The notes under the pieces were generated by a model, which did not search any database, was not told the DNA's origin, and was given only the letters and a program-made list of their open reading frames with translations. From the sequence record OZ035776.1: a stretch of 44,354 nt of DNA; one strand, given 5' to 3'. The translations under genes and the position numbers were made by a program. The DNA comes from Vectrevirus LF31P3. Positions 17,536 to 26,595 of this stretch are shown piece after piece. The first letter of the stretch is position 1; each line of letters starts with the position of its first letter.

Positions 17536-18219
17536 ATGTGCAAATTAGTATTAAATGAAGGTGATAAAGTTCGTAATATTAATACACAATCTGAACGTAG
17601 AGGCTGGATTGGTTATGTAGGTGTCATTTCAGAGAACTATTATACTGTTATGTACACTAATGGTCATGCTCAAAGCTATCTTAAGCGATTAGCCCATAAA
17701 TATCTTGAGAAAATTGTAGAAGCAGACAACCAATGCAAGTGTATACATGATGAACTTTGTTATAAGTGTGCTCGCCAGATGCTTAAGAATTTCCTAGCTC
17801 CTCTTTATTATGGTGCTGGTCCTCAAACACTAGCAGAGTACATGGCAGAAAAGAAAACCACACTCAAGAAAGAGCGTCGCAATGTAATCACTGGTAAGAC
17901 TCAAAGTGAAATGATTAAGCAATGTGGCACTGCACTAGGTGTTACGCAGTTTAACACTCGTGCTCTTGGTAAATCCACAGGACAAGCTATGGTAAAGATT
18001 GGCGAAGCCATGATGCATCCAAATGTACCTGTACGAATCATGGATGTTGACCATGCAATCACAGAGCATGGCACACCACGGCGTGTAGCTAATAATCATT
18101 TCGCCGACACTATAGAAGGTATTATTCGTAAGCAAGGTTTGAAGGGTCTTCACATCTTAAATGGTGAAGAATTACTGTACCTACCTATCGTTACTGAAGA
18201 AACATACGTGAATATCTAA
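17536..18219 (+). CDS. hypothetical protein (227 aa, Cys-rich, visibly AT-rich codon usage)
   Basis: ggagat before ATG; Cys cluster CKCIHDELCYKC; no family recognised. Confidence 0.6.
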   Translation: MCKLVLNEGDKVRNINTQSERRGWIGYVGVISENYYTVMYTNGHAQSYLKRLAHKYLEKIVEADNQCKCIHDELCYKCARQMLKNFLAPLYYGAGPQTLAEYMAEKKTTLKKERRNVITGKTQSEMIKQCGTALGVTQFNTRALGKSTGQAMVKIGEAMMHPNVPVRIMDVDHAITEHGTPRRVANNHFADTIEGIIRKQGLKGLHILNGEELLYLPIVTEETYVNI

Positions 18220-18229
18220 GGAGTTAATC

Positions 18230-18448
18230 ATGACTAAGGTATTAATTTATATGCGTGGACCTCATAAATGCTATGCAGTTGTAGCACCAAATGGTGTTAA
18301 GCCCTATAGTACTTCAAAAGGATTGGCATTAATAGGTGCTAGTAGTAGTGCAAGTTTCCAAATGGAACTTTTTGGTCATTGGACTGAACGGCAATTCCGT
18401 GAGGATTTTAAAGTCATTGGCAGCTTCATGGTGAAACATGCAGAATAA
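18230..18448 (+). CDS. hypothetical protein (72 aa)
   Basis: taaggag before ATG. Confidence 0.5.
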   Translation: MTKVLIYMRGPHKCYAVVAPNGVKPYSTSKGLALIGASSSASFQMELFGHWTERQFREDFKVIGSFMVKHAE

Positions 18449-18614
18449 ACATAGTCTTAAAATGTTCGATGGTCATGAAGACCTGCAAGCCAAGATTACT
18501 AACCAAGCCTTCCTGTTCGCACAGTTAACTATGGCTGAGGCCAAGAAGAATAGCCTGACGCGTGAACAGGTTATCAAGGAAAGTGAAGTGAACCGTAAGA
18601 TTCGCAGTCGATAA
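18438..18614 (+). CDS. hypothetical small protein (58 aa)
   Basis: ATG overlapping upstream stop; weak. Confidence 0.3.
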   Translation: MQNKHSLKMFDGHEDLQAKITNQAFLFAQLTMAEAKKNSLTREQVIKESEVNRKIRSR

Positions 18615-18671
18615 GTCAAGGGTTGTCTCACACGTGAGACAGCCTTTCATCATATTGATTGGAGGTGCACT

Positions 18672-18779
18672 ATGCCACGTGATTATGATTCTGATTGGGA
18701 CTACTATGACTCAATGAATCCAAAACCCGAACGTTCAGATGATTACTACGAAACAGAGGCAATGTATGAAGATTATTGA
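18672..18779 (+). CDS. small highly acidic Tyr-rich ORF (35 aa)
   Basis: ggagg before ATG; overlaps DNAP start. Confidence 0.35.
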   Translation: MPRDYDSDWDYYDSMNPKPERSDDYYETEAMYEDY

Positions 18780-21312
18780 TTGGAAGAAGGAAGCGGAAGG
18801 GCGGATCCTAGTTATGGACGCCGAATCAAAAGGCTTGCTTGATGCCATACGCTATGGTCATCGTGAAGATGTGCACATCATTTGCTGCATGGATTTACTC
18901 ACCACTGAGGAGTTCCTATTCTTCGACCCATATGAGATGCGTGACCCTGAGGCAAGGGAACGCCTGAAGGAGTGGGAAGGCCATCAAGACGGAACCTTGG
19001 TTGATGGTGTTAACTTCCTGAAGCATTGTGAAGCTATTGTGTCACAGAACTTCCTAGGGTATGACGGTCTTCTCTTTGAGAAAGCATTCCCTGATATTTG
19101 GAAAGGCTTTAACTATACCGAGAAGCGCGGCAAGGGCAGACTCCGTGCTGATCTGTGTCCGGTGCGAGTCATGGATACGCTGGTGATGAGTCGCCTGTTA
19201 AACCCCGATAGACGCCTTCCTCCGCAAGCATATGCCAAAGGTATGGGTAACGTCGCCCCTCACTCAATTGAGGCGCACGGCATCCGTATAGGCCGCTATA
19301 AACCAGAGAACGAGGACTGGTCTAAACTAACTGATCACATGGTTCACCGTGTACGTGAGGATGTGGCGATTGGTCGTGACCTGTTCCTCTGGCTCTTTAA
19401 CGGGGAATGGATGGAGCACAAACGCCGTGGCGTGAACAAACGTACTGGCCTAGGGATTGAGACAGCCTTCCATATGGAGTCCATTGTGGCGCTGGAGATG
19501 AGCCGTCAGGCCGAGCGCGGGTTCCGTCTGGATATTGACAAAGCACTAGCGCGATGCGAAGAATTGGACGCTAAGATTGACGAGACAGTCGCAGCGTTCC
19601 GCCCTCACATGCCTATGCGTATCAAGTCTAAACCTTTTAAACCGGAAGAAAAGAATGAAGTATGCCAACGCGCAAATGAGTATGGAGCTAGCAACAATAT
19701 ACCTACTGTCCTTGACCCCTCACACTTTCTTCATGCCGAGAGACGAGGAGATCGCAAGACAGTATGGAGTGTCACTACTAAGTCTGGTGATTGGTCGGCT
19801 AGTGTCAAGAAAGACTTTCCTCACCTTAGAGGAAACCGTAATGACACGCCAAGTATCAAGTGGATTGGTGCTTACTCGCCTGTTACTTTCGAAGAGATTC
19901 CCTTGGGTAACAGGGATACAGTTAAGCAAGTGCTCTATGATTATGGATGGAAAGGTGTTGAATTTAACGATACCGAGCAAGCGCATCTCGATGAGTATGG
20001 CGTATTACCAAAACCTTGGAGTGGAAAGATAAATGAAAAGTCTCTTACTTTATGGCAAGAGAGAGCCGCACGTGAAGGTAAAACAGTACCCGATTGGTGC
20101 TTGGGTATCGCTGCATGGTACATACTCGTATCCCGTCGTGGTCAGATACTCAACCGTGGTGACGTTGAAGCCTTCAACGAGAAGGGAACGTGGCCCTCGC
20201 AGGCTGGTGTACGAAAGTGTCGCGGCCTTGTACCTGTAGCATTCAACAAGGAGCTAGGAATCAATGCGCAGCAATACTACGAAAGGTACGGATGCTGGCC
20301 TACGTCAGACAAGGATGACGGGGAGTGGCGTGTTCCAGCTGTTGCTATTAGCATTGGCACTTCTACGTTCCGTATGCGTCATCGTAACGTGGTTAATATT
20401 CCTGCCCGTGGCTTGTATCCTTTACGTGATCTATTCATAGCAGGTAAAGGCAAGCTAATCCTTGGTTGTGACGGTGCAGGTCTTGAACTGCGCGTCCTGT
20501 CTCACTTCATGAATGACCCTGAGTACCAAGAGATTGTATTGCATGGTGACATCCATACACATAACCAGATGAAGGCTGGTCTTCCTAAGCGTGACATGGC
20601 GAAGACGTTTATATACGCTTTCCTCTATGGCTCTGGTATAGCTAACCTTGCAGCAGTCTGCGGTGTTACTGAGGAAGAAATGAAGGAAGTTGTGGCAAGA
20701 TTCGAGATTGAACTACCGTCTCTTGCACGTCTTCGTGAGAATGTTATCGCACAAGGTAACAAGTTTGGCTACCTGCAAGCACCTGATGGGCATTGGGGTC
20801 GCATCCGCATGTCTGGTGGTGAACTTAAAGAGCACACGATGCTTAACGTATTACTCCAGATGACTGGCTCTTTGTGTATGAAATATGCATTAGTCAAGGC
20901 ATTTGCAGTAATGCGCAAGGAAGGTGTAGCCTTGGATGCTATGGGAAATCCTTGTGGTGTGGCTAACGTGCATGATGAAATCCAGATGGAAGTTCCTGAA
21001 GAGGAGGTCTTGTATCTTAACTACGACCTACCTTTCACCTTAGATGGGTTCGAAACAGAGAAGGCTGCTGTGAAAGCAGTGTTCGATGCAGAGGAGAAAC
21101 GTGTTCATGTGGATTCTGAAGGACGTATGTGGTCTGCTGCAAACCTCGTTAGCGTTGATGCTGATGCTGGTGTATTGCATTGCCAGCGCCGTTATCACCG
21201 TGCAGGTCATATCATTGCCGACGCCATGACTTGGGCAGGGCAGTATCTGAAGATGCGTTGCCCGATGGCAGGCGAATATAAGATTGGCGCAAGTTGGAAG
21301 GAAACACACTGA
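18766..21312 (+). CDS. DNA polymerase, family A (T7 gp5-like)
   Basis: Motifs DGAGLELRV (A), KTFIYAFLYGSG (B), VHDEIQ (C); ATG at 18766 chosen over the upstream track start. Confidence 0.95.
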   Translation: MKIIDWKKEAEGRILVMDAESKGLLDAIRYGHREDVHIICCMDLLTTEEFLFFDPYEMRDPEARERLKEWEGHQDGTLVDGVNFLKHCEAIVSQNFLGYDGLLFEKAFPDIWKGFNYTEKRGKGRLRADLCPVRVMDTLVMSRLLNPDRRLPPQAYAKGMGNVAPHSIEAHGIRIGRYKPENEDWSKLTDHMVHRVREDVAIGRDLFLWLFNGEWMEHKRRGVNKRTGLGIETAFHMESIVALEMSRQAERGFRLDIDKALARCEELDAKIDETVAAFRPHMPMRIKSKPFKPEEKNEVCQRANEYGASNNIPTVLDPSHFLHAERRGDRKTVWSVTTKSGDWSASVKKDFPHLRGNRNDTPSIKWIGAYSPVTFEEIPLGNRDTVKQVLYDYGWKGVEFNDTEQAHLDEYGVLPKPWSGKINEKSLTLWQERAAREGKTVPDWCLGIAAWYILVSRRGQILNRGDVEAFNEKGTWPSQAGVRKCRGLVPVAFNKELGINAQQYYERYGCWPTSDKDDGEWRVPAVAISIGTSTFRMRHRNVVNIPARGLYPLRDLFIAGKGKLILGCDGAGLELRVLSHFMNDPEYQEIVLHGDIHTHNQMKAGLPKRDMAKTFIYAFLYGSGIANLAAVCGVTEEEMKEVVARFEIELPSLARLRENVIAQGNKFGYLQAPDGHWGRIRMSGGELKEHTMLNVLLQMTGSLCMKYALVKAFAVMRKEGVALDAMGNPCGVANVHDEIQMEVPEEEVLYLNYDLPFTLDGFETEKAAVKAVFDAEEKRVHVDSEGRMWSAANLVSVDADAGVLHCQRRYHRAGHIIADAMTWAGQYLKMRCPMAGEYKIGASWKETH

Positions 21313-21428
21313 TGAATAGGCTTGACATTGTTTACCTATTCTTCACTTTCTTTCTTGTATTTCTTATGATTGCTTGTTACGGAAGTGTGCAGGTAAATAT
21401 ACCTGATGAAGAGGAAGGATACGACTGA
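21312..21428 (+). CDS. small hydrophobic ORF (38 aa)
   Basis: ATGA overlap with DNAP stop; one predicted helix; weak. Confidence 0.3.
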   Translation: MNRLDIVYLFFTFFLVFLMIACYGSVQVNIPDEEEGYD

Positions 21429-21486
21429 GTTATACTCAAGGTCACTTACGAGTGGCCTTTATGGATAACTTAACTAAGGAAATATT

Positions 21487-21747
21487 ATGATTAAATACAC
21501 TGCTTATCAGTTAACTAAAGACCGTAAGATAGGTATTGAGGTTAAGGCTTGGGAGCGAGGTCATATCTCTGGAGTAATAGAGGTGCGTTCCAATGAAGGT
21601 ATGATGATTAGAAGACACTTTAGTTTCGCTAAATCTACTTGTAAGCATTTAACAGAGGAACAATTCTTACATCATATTATTAATAATATTAAAGCTATCC
21701 AACCTTATGCCAAGCAAGTTGTAGGTAATGTCACAGTAGTGCATTGA
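21487..21747 (+). CDS. hypothetical protein (86 aa)
   Basis: taaggaa before ATG; AT-rich. Confidence 0.5.
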   Translation: MIKYTAYQLTKDRKIGIEVKAWERGHISGVIEVRSNEGMMIRRHFSFAKSTCKHLTEEQFLHHIINNIKAIQPYAKQVVGNVTVVH

Positions 21748-21769
21748 TTTACTGGACACTATAGAAGGA
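21747..21769 (+). promoter_or_regulatory. phage RNAP promoter (atttactggacactatagaagga), +1 G at 21764
   Basis: Full motif match. Confidence 0.8.
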
Positions 21770-21832
21770 AGCCTAGCCAATCTAGGTTTATAAGGTAGTA
21801 TAGGTAATTAAGTAAATATAGGAGATATAAAC

Positions 21833-22210
21833 ATGTCTATGGTAACTACTCTGGTATTTGTAGCTCAATACTTTCGTGGTCTGGCTAATAAGTTCAAGTC
21901 CAAGGCTATCAAAGCTATTGAGTCTCGCATCGAGGCAGTACAGGCAGAGCAAGTTAAAGTTGAAGAACATCGTAGTTCTCAAATGATTGACTGCCATAAC
22001 CGCTACTATGAATCTCGTGATGACCTTAATGCACGCCAAGTCAAAGAGGTTGAAGAGATGCTGGCACGTCACCAGCAAGAGCGCGACAGCCTGAAAGCTG
22101 AATTTGAAGAGAACAAGGCATCCATCGCCCTTGTACATCAAGCCGCATCTGACAGCCTGAAGAAAGAGATTGTTATGCTGGAAATTGAGTTAGACAACCT
22201 GACCAAATAA
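21833..22210 (+). CDS. hypothetical coiled-coil protein (125 aa)
   Basis: aggag before ATG. Confidence 0.55.
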   Translation: MSMVTTLVFVAQYFRGLANKFKSKAIKAIESRIEAVQAEQVKVEEHRSSQMIDCHNRYYESRDDLNARQVKEVEEMLARHQQERDSLKAEFEENKASIALVHQAASDSLKKEIVMLEIELDNLTK

Positions 22211-22231
22211 TTACTGGACACTATAGAACAA
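22209..22231 (+). promoter_or_regulatory. phage RNAP promoter (aattactggacactatagaacaa), +1 G at 22226
   Basis: Motif match; overlaps the stop of the preceding gene. Confidence 0.7.
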
Positions 22232-22287
22232 TAGGTCGGCTTAGTTCGGCCTATGATTGTGTAGTGTAACAATAGGAGACTAAATAA

Positions 22288-23094
22288 ATGGCACGTGGTG
22301 ATTTTGATTTTGGTGCTCAGGTTACTAAAGCTGAAGGTAAGGTTTTTAAGAACCCTGAAGTTGGTGATCATGAAGCAGTAATCTCTGGCATCATTCATGT
22401 GGGTTCCTTCCAAGATATCTTTAAGAAAGGTAATACCACTGAAGTTAAGAAGCCAGCAAACTTTGTTCTTGTTAAGATTGTACTGATGGGTGACGATGAC
22501 AAGAACGAAGATGATTCTCGCATGGAACAGTGGATGGCTGTGCCTCTGAAGTCTGGTGACAAGGCAATCTTGACTAAGTTCCTGAATGCAGTTGACCCTA
22601 AAGAGCTGCTTGGTGGTTTCGATGACTTCATTGGTGAATGCCTGACTGCAACTATGGTTGGCTCTGGCGACAAGAATGATGATGGTACTTTCAAGTATGT
22701 TAACTGGAAAGGCTTTGGCGGTATGCCTGATAAGTTGAAGAAGCTTGTACTGGCTCAGGTAGAAGAGGAAGGTCTGTCTATGACAGGTCATATCACCTTC
22801 GACAAGCTGACCAAAGAAATCCTTGATGACATCCCAGCTAACTTGGTGCGTCAATACTTTCTTAATGAAACACCTCGTGGTAAGAACCTGTCTGTTGCTG
22901 GTTCTCACGTAGAAGCAATCATTAAAGCTGCTCGTGAAGAAGACCCAGAGTGGAAGAAAGCCAAGAAGAAAGATGACGAGGATGCTACTCCAGCTAATCG
23001 TAAATCTCTGGATACTGGTGAGTCTGTTCCACAGGAAGTACCTGAAGCAGAAGATACACCTGCACCGGAGATGGATGAGGACGCAGAATATTAA
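22288..23094 (+). CDS. hypothetical protein with acidic C-terminal tail ending in Tyr; candidate ssDNA-binding protein (T7 gp2.5-like role)
   Basis: 268 aa; taggagac before ATG; C-terminus EMDEDAEY resembles the acidic tail with terminal aromatic of phage SSBs. Functional call is inference. Confidence 0.45.
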   Translation: MARGDFDFGAQVTKAEGKVFKNPEVGDHEAVISGIIHVGSFQDIFKKGNTTEVKKPANFVLVKIVLMGDDDKNEDDSRMEQWMAVPLKSGDKAILTKFLNAVDPKELLGGFDDFIGECLTATMVGSGDKNDDGTFKYVNWKGFGGMPDKLKKLVLAQVEEEGLSMTGHITFDKLTKEILDDIPANLVRQYFLNETPRGKNLSVAGSHVEAIIKAAREEDPEWKKAKKKDDEDATPANRKSLDTGESVPQEVPEAEDTPAPEMDEDAEY

Positions 23095-23103
23095 GGAGAA
23101 CTG

Positions 23104-23322
23104 ATGAAAGTACAAATCATAACTCTGCATTGCAAGAAAGGAATCACCACGCTTGGCGGCAATACTTTCCACTCCTTCTCCGAGGGGGAGGTTTATTCTG
23201 ACCTGCACTACATCTGGCGCGATGGACAGCACGTGGTGAACTACAGCGACCCAGCTACGGGGAAACGCCACGGCGTATCGCTTCCGGCGCATGACATTGC
23301 TCAGGTGAACACAGTTTTATAA
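23104..23322 (+). CDS. hypothetical protein (72 aa)
   Basis: taaggaga before ATG. Confidence 0.5.
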   Translation: MKVQIITLHCKKGITTLGGNTFHSFSEGEVYSDLHYIWRDGQHVVNYSDPATGKRHGVSLPAHDIAQVNTVL

Positions 23323-23323
23323 A

Positions 23324-23339
23324 GTCTCACATGTGAGAC
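23324..23339. repeat. perfect 16-bp palindrome GTCTCACATGTGAGAC (copy 4)
   Basis: Between gene stop and next promoter. Confidence 0.9.
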
Positions 23340-23354
23340 AAATCGGTGTCCGGT

Positions 23355-23377
23355 ATTTACTGGACACTATAGAAGAG
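23355..23377 (+). promoter_or_regulatory. phage RNAP promoter (atttactggacactatagaagag), +1 G at 23372
   Basis: Full motif match. Confidence 0.8.
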
Positions 23378-23426
23378 AAGAATTTTAATCGGCGATAATG
23401 CCACAACTAACAAAGGAGAATTTAAT

Positions 23427-23798
23427 ATGTTCAAGATTGAAACTATCGTAAACCGTGTTGTTAAAGGTGCTGCTCTGGTATCCGTTGAGTCTTTCATTAT
23501 CGTCGATGAAGCTGATCAACTGGTAGCTGGTACTAAGGCTTACGATACCCGTGAAGAAGCTCAGGCTAAGATTGACAGCATGGGTAACTTCGCTGCTGGT
23601 CTGGAGTTCGCTCGTGCTTGCTTCCCTGAGCAGGCTGACAAAGCTCAGATCGGTAAGGCTAACATCGTAGCTGAATATCTGGATTGGGTTGCTGCTGGTA
23701 AGCCAGTGAAAGAAGTTAAATCTACTGAAGAAGCTGAAGCAGTAGAAGACCTAGCTGCACCGGTAGATGTTCCGGTAAGCGAAGAAGAAGAGTTTTAA
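23427..23798 (+). CDS. hypothetical acidic protein (123 aa) ending EEEEF; likely highly expressed
   Basis: aaaggaga before ATG, own promoter and downstream hairpin; codons look like the highly expressed late genes. Confidence 0.65.
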   Translation: MFKIETIVNRVVKGAALVSVESFIIVDEADQLVAGTKAYDTREEAQAKIDSMGNFAAGLEFARACFPEQADKAQIGKANIVAEYLDWVAAGKPVKEVKSTEEAEAVEDLAAPVDVPVSEEEEF

Positions 23799-23804
23799 TT
23801 GATG

Positions 23805-23837
23805 CCCTGTCTGCCTTAGTGTAGGCAGGGTCTTTTG
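23805..23837 (+). terminator. terminator-like hairpin followed by tctttt
   Basis: ccctgtctgc ... gtaggcaggg stem with wobble pairs. Confidence 0.45.
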
Positions 23838-23862
23838 CGTAATAGTTATTGGAGAATGAATT

Positions 23863-24159
23863 ATGCCGACTATTGAATCTCGTTTACGCGCTGACTATAA
23901 TAGATACTTTAGCCGCTTACATAGGGATTATATGACACACGTTACAGTATGGTTAGATGGTGAGATATTCTTAGTGTATGAGTATTTACATGATACGGAT
24001 GACCGCTATGACCCTAGTTCCCTCCAAGTAGCAAAGTCTATTGTAGAGCACATCTTGAAGGAGTGGCCTACATGCGACCAAACTTCGACTTCGGAGCTAC
24101 AGTATCGGAAGACAATAACCTGTTGCTGTGGCCAACTGAAGGTAATAGAATCGCTTTAA
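23863..24159 (+). CDS. hypothetical protein (98 aa), overlaps exonuclease start by about 88 nt
   Basis: ggagaatga before ATG; long overlap makes the true 3' end uncertain. Confidence 0.4.
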   Translation: MPTIESRLRADYNRYFSRLHRDYMTHVTVWLDGEIFLVYEYLHDTDDRYDPSSLQVAKSIVEHILKEWPTCDQTSTSELQYRKTITCCCGQLKVIESL

Positions 24160-25100
24160 TAGATGCTGACATGTTACCCTACATCGTAGGTTATACAATC
24201 AGTGACATGACTTATGTACGAGCCACAACTCGTGTTAAGTCAGGACAAGTCCCATCAATCAAAGATACACCTGAGTGTAAGCAAGCGTGTGACCGTGTGA
24301 ACTCCTTGCTTAACTCTTGGGTGTATGCAGCAGAGTGTGATGCAGCTAAGTTATTCATGACGAAATCAGAAGCTAACTTCCGTGTTCGCCTAGCCTTCAC
24401 CAAGCCTTATAAGGGTCAACGTAAGACCGAGAAGCCTCCGTTCTTCTATGAATTGCGAGAGCATCTCTTAGAGGTTCATGGTGCAATCCTGGCAGATGGA
24501 GAAGAGGCTGATGACCTCATGAGTATTGCACAATGGGACAGCCACCGCCGCTTCCAGCAAGATACAGGTAACGAGTTCCCTATCGGTAGCCCAGAGCATA
24601 AAGCATTCTCTGATACTTGCATCGTTTCCTTGGATAAGGATTTGATGATTGTTCCCGGTTGGCACCTTCAGCCGGGACAAGAGAAGAAATGGGTAGAGCC
24701 TATGGGTTGGCTTGAGTTACGCCGTAAGGCTAATGGTCAGGTTAAAGACCTTAAAGGTGCTGGCCTCATGTTTCATTATGCACAGATGATTATCGGTGAT
24801 GATATTGATAACTATGCTGGCATACCTGGACGTGGTGCTAAATACGCCTATGATCTTCTCAAAGATTGTAAGACAGAGAAAGAGTTGTATATGGCAGTGC
24901 TTGGTGCTTACAAGGCTAAGTTCGGACATGGACAAGTTAAGATTAAGAATTACCGAGGTGGTTATCGTATCGGCAAGGCTTTTGACCTGATGCTCGAATG
25001 TGGTCGCCTAGCTCACATGGCAAGATTCAAAGGTGATATATGGCGAGCCGATAAGAACCCAATCTTGTGGGGAGATGATGCGGAATGGTTAGCAAATTAA
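24072..25100 (+). CDS. 5'-3' exonuclease (T7 gp6-like, FEN family)
   Basis: Motifs IALIDADMLPY, KPYKGQRK, GEEADDL, GIPGRGAKYAYDLL; aaggag 8 nt before ATG at 24072. Confidence 0.9.
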   Translation: MRPNFDFGATVSEDNNLLLWPTEGNRIALIDADMLPYIVGYTISDMTYVRATTRVKSGQVPSIKDTPECKQACDRVNSLLNSWVYAAECDAAKLFMTKSEANFRVRLAFTKPYKGQRKTEKPPFFYELREHLLEVHGAILADGEEADDLMSIAQWDSHRRFQQDTGNEFPIGSPEHKAFSDTCIVSLDKDLMIVPGWHLQPGQEKKWVEPMGWLELRRKANGQVKDLKGAGLMFHYAQMIIGDDIDNYAGIPGRGAKYAYDLLKDCKTEKELYMAVLGAYKAKFGHGQVKIKNYRGGYRIGKAFDLMLECGRLAHMARFKGDIWRADKNPILWGDDAEWLAN

Positions 25101-25495
25101 AATCATCGGAGGTAGCAGCTTATAAGAGGGAATTGCTAGAGAAGCAAGGATGGAAGTGCCCACTATGTGGCGGCAGTCTCAAGGCTGTTACTCCTATAAA
25201 CCGTGTACTTGACCATGACCATGAGACAGGATTCTGCCGTGCTGTTGTATGCCGAGGCTGCAATGGTGCAGAAGGAAAGATTAAGGGTGTTATCTCTGGT
25301 TACGGTAAGGCTGGTAACAACCGTTACTTCCAGCTTCAATGGTTAGAGCGACTATATGAATACTGGAAGTTACATAGTACGCCTCAGACAGATAAGTTAT
25401 ATCACAAACATCAAACGGAGGCAGAGAAGCGCGAGGCTAAGAACCGTAAGGCACGCCTTGCTTATGCAAGAAAGAAGGAGGTTAAAGTTGGGTAA
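25085..25495 (+). CDS. endonuclease VII-like Holliday-junction resolvase (HNH-type zinc site)
   Basis: CPLCGG ... LDHDHETG ... CRGCNGAEG pattern as in T4 endo VII-type resolvases. Confidence 0.75.
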   Translation: MVSKLKSSEVAAYKRELLEKQGWKCPLCGGSLKAVTPINRVLDHDHETGFCRAVVCRGCNGAEGKIKGVISGYGKAGNNRYFQLQWLERLYEYWKLHSTPQTDKLYHKHQTEAEKREAKNRKARLAYARKKEVKVG

Positions 25496-26495
25496 GCTTC
25501 GCAGCTTGTACAAAGACTCCGAGGTACTTGATGCAATCGAGCAAGCTACCGACGAGAAAGGTAATGTTAATTACAATGAGATGGCACGTGTATTATCGTG
25601 TCACCCTGTGGGTAAGAAGATTACCCGCCAGTTGGCTCGATACTGGCATGGTCAATTCAAGAAGACCAAGAAGAATGGTGATTATTACCAGACCCTTCTG
25701 CAAGAAGATAAGCGTATCAAAGAAGAGCGTAAGCTCAGGACTCCTGACCGCTACGAGGATTTGGCTATTGTACCATTGCCTGACTCGCCTCATCGAAGTG
25801 TACTGGTAATCCCTGATACTCATGCACCTTATGAGCATCCAGATACCTTAGAGTTCCTTGCAGCAGTCGCGGCACGTTACCGTCCAGATACAGTGGTTCA
25901 CTTAGGAGATGAGGCAGATAAACACGCCCTCTCCTTCCATGACTCTGACCCGAATCTGGATAGTGCTGGCATGGAGCTAGAGAAGGCTCGTGTCTTCATG
26001 CACAAGTTGCACAAGATGTTCCCTGTGATGCGCCTGTGTCATTCTAATCACGGCTCTATGCACTTCCGTAAGGCAAGCGCCAAGGGTATTCCAGTGCAAT
26101 ATCTTCGCACCTACCGTGAAGTCTTCTTCCCAAATGGAGGTGGCGACCAGTGGGATTGGCAACATACGCACGTCCTTGAGTTGCCGAATGGTGAACAAGT
26201 GGCATTCAAGCATCAACCTGCTGGCTCTGTCCTAGCAGATGCAGCGCATGAGCGTATGAACCTTGTGTGTGGTCACTTGCACGGTAAGATGTCTGTGGAG
26301 TACGCACGTAATACACATGAACAGTATTGGGCTGTGCAAGGTGGCTGCTTAATTGATGAGTCATCCCGTGCATTTGCCTATGGTCGTGAGTCTAAATACA
26401 AGCCAGCATTAGGTTGTGTGGTCATTCTGGAGGGTGTGCCTCACATCGTCCCGATGCAAACCAATAGCGACAACCGTTGGATTGGCAAGATTTAG
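25488..26495 (+). CDS. calcineurin-like metallophosphoesterase
   Basis: Motifs IPDTHAPY (DxH), LGDEAD (GDxxD), CHSNHG (NH); TTG start 6 nt after aaggagg preferred over in-frame ATG at 25464 which lacks an SD. Confidence 0.7.
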   Translation: MGKLRSLYKDSEVLDAIEQATDEKGNVNYNEMARVLSCHPVGKKITRQLARYWHGQFKKTKKNGDYYQTLLQEDKRIKEERKLRTPDRYEDLAIVPLPDSPHRSVLVIPDTHAPYEHPDTLEFLAAVAARYRPDTVVHLGDEADKHALSFHDSDPNLDSAGMELEKARVFMHKLHKMFPVMRLCHSNHGSMHFRKASAKGIPVQYLRTYREVFFPNGGGDQWDWQHTHVLELPNGEQVAFKHQPAGSVLADAAHERMNLVCGHLHGKMSVEYARNTHEQYWAVQGGCLIDESSRAFAYGRESKYKPALGCVVILEGVPHIVPMQTNSDNRWIGKI

Positions 26496-26512
26496 TTGAC
26501 ACTATAGAACAA
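26490..26512 (+). promoter_or_regulatory. phage RNAP promoter (atttagttgacactatagaacaa), +1 G at 26507
   Basis: Closest of all to the canonical SP6 promoter as recalled (atttagGtgacactatag). Confidence 0.7.
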
Positions 26513-26595
26513 AGGGCTAGGTAAGACTTTATCGGCTGGCGTATCCAAATGATATTGCACTAGCCCTTGATTGTATAGTGAATGGAGGATTCAAT

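Noticed and set aside
17536-18219. GIY-YIG or HNH homing endonuclease call for the AT-rich 227-aa gene
   Set aside because: Only loose resemblance (WIGYVG ... YY); spacing and the catalytic residues of either family could not be matched.
19577-20032. Alternate-frame + strand ORFs inside large genes (also 34659..35000, 37279..37605, 38326..38526, 39634..39825, 40593..40781, 41013..41198)
   Set aside because: Fully nested in other frames of long conserved genes with no SD or promoter support.
22138-23292. 384-aa ORF on the minus strand
   Set aside because: Antisense to two well-supported + strand genes with strong SD sites; no SD upstream of its own start; T7-group phages transcribe one strand only. 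Long antisense ORFs are expected opposite strongly codon-biased genes.
23863-24159. Programmed frameshift joining the 98-aa ORF to the exonuclease
   Set aside because: No slippery heptamer or downstream structure seen at the overlap; simpler explanation is two overlapping genes or an over-extended small ORF.
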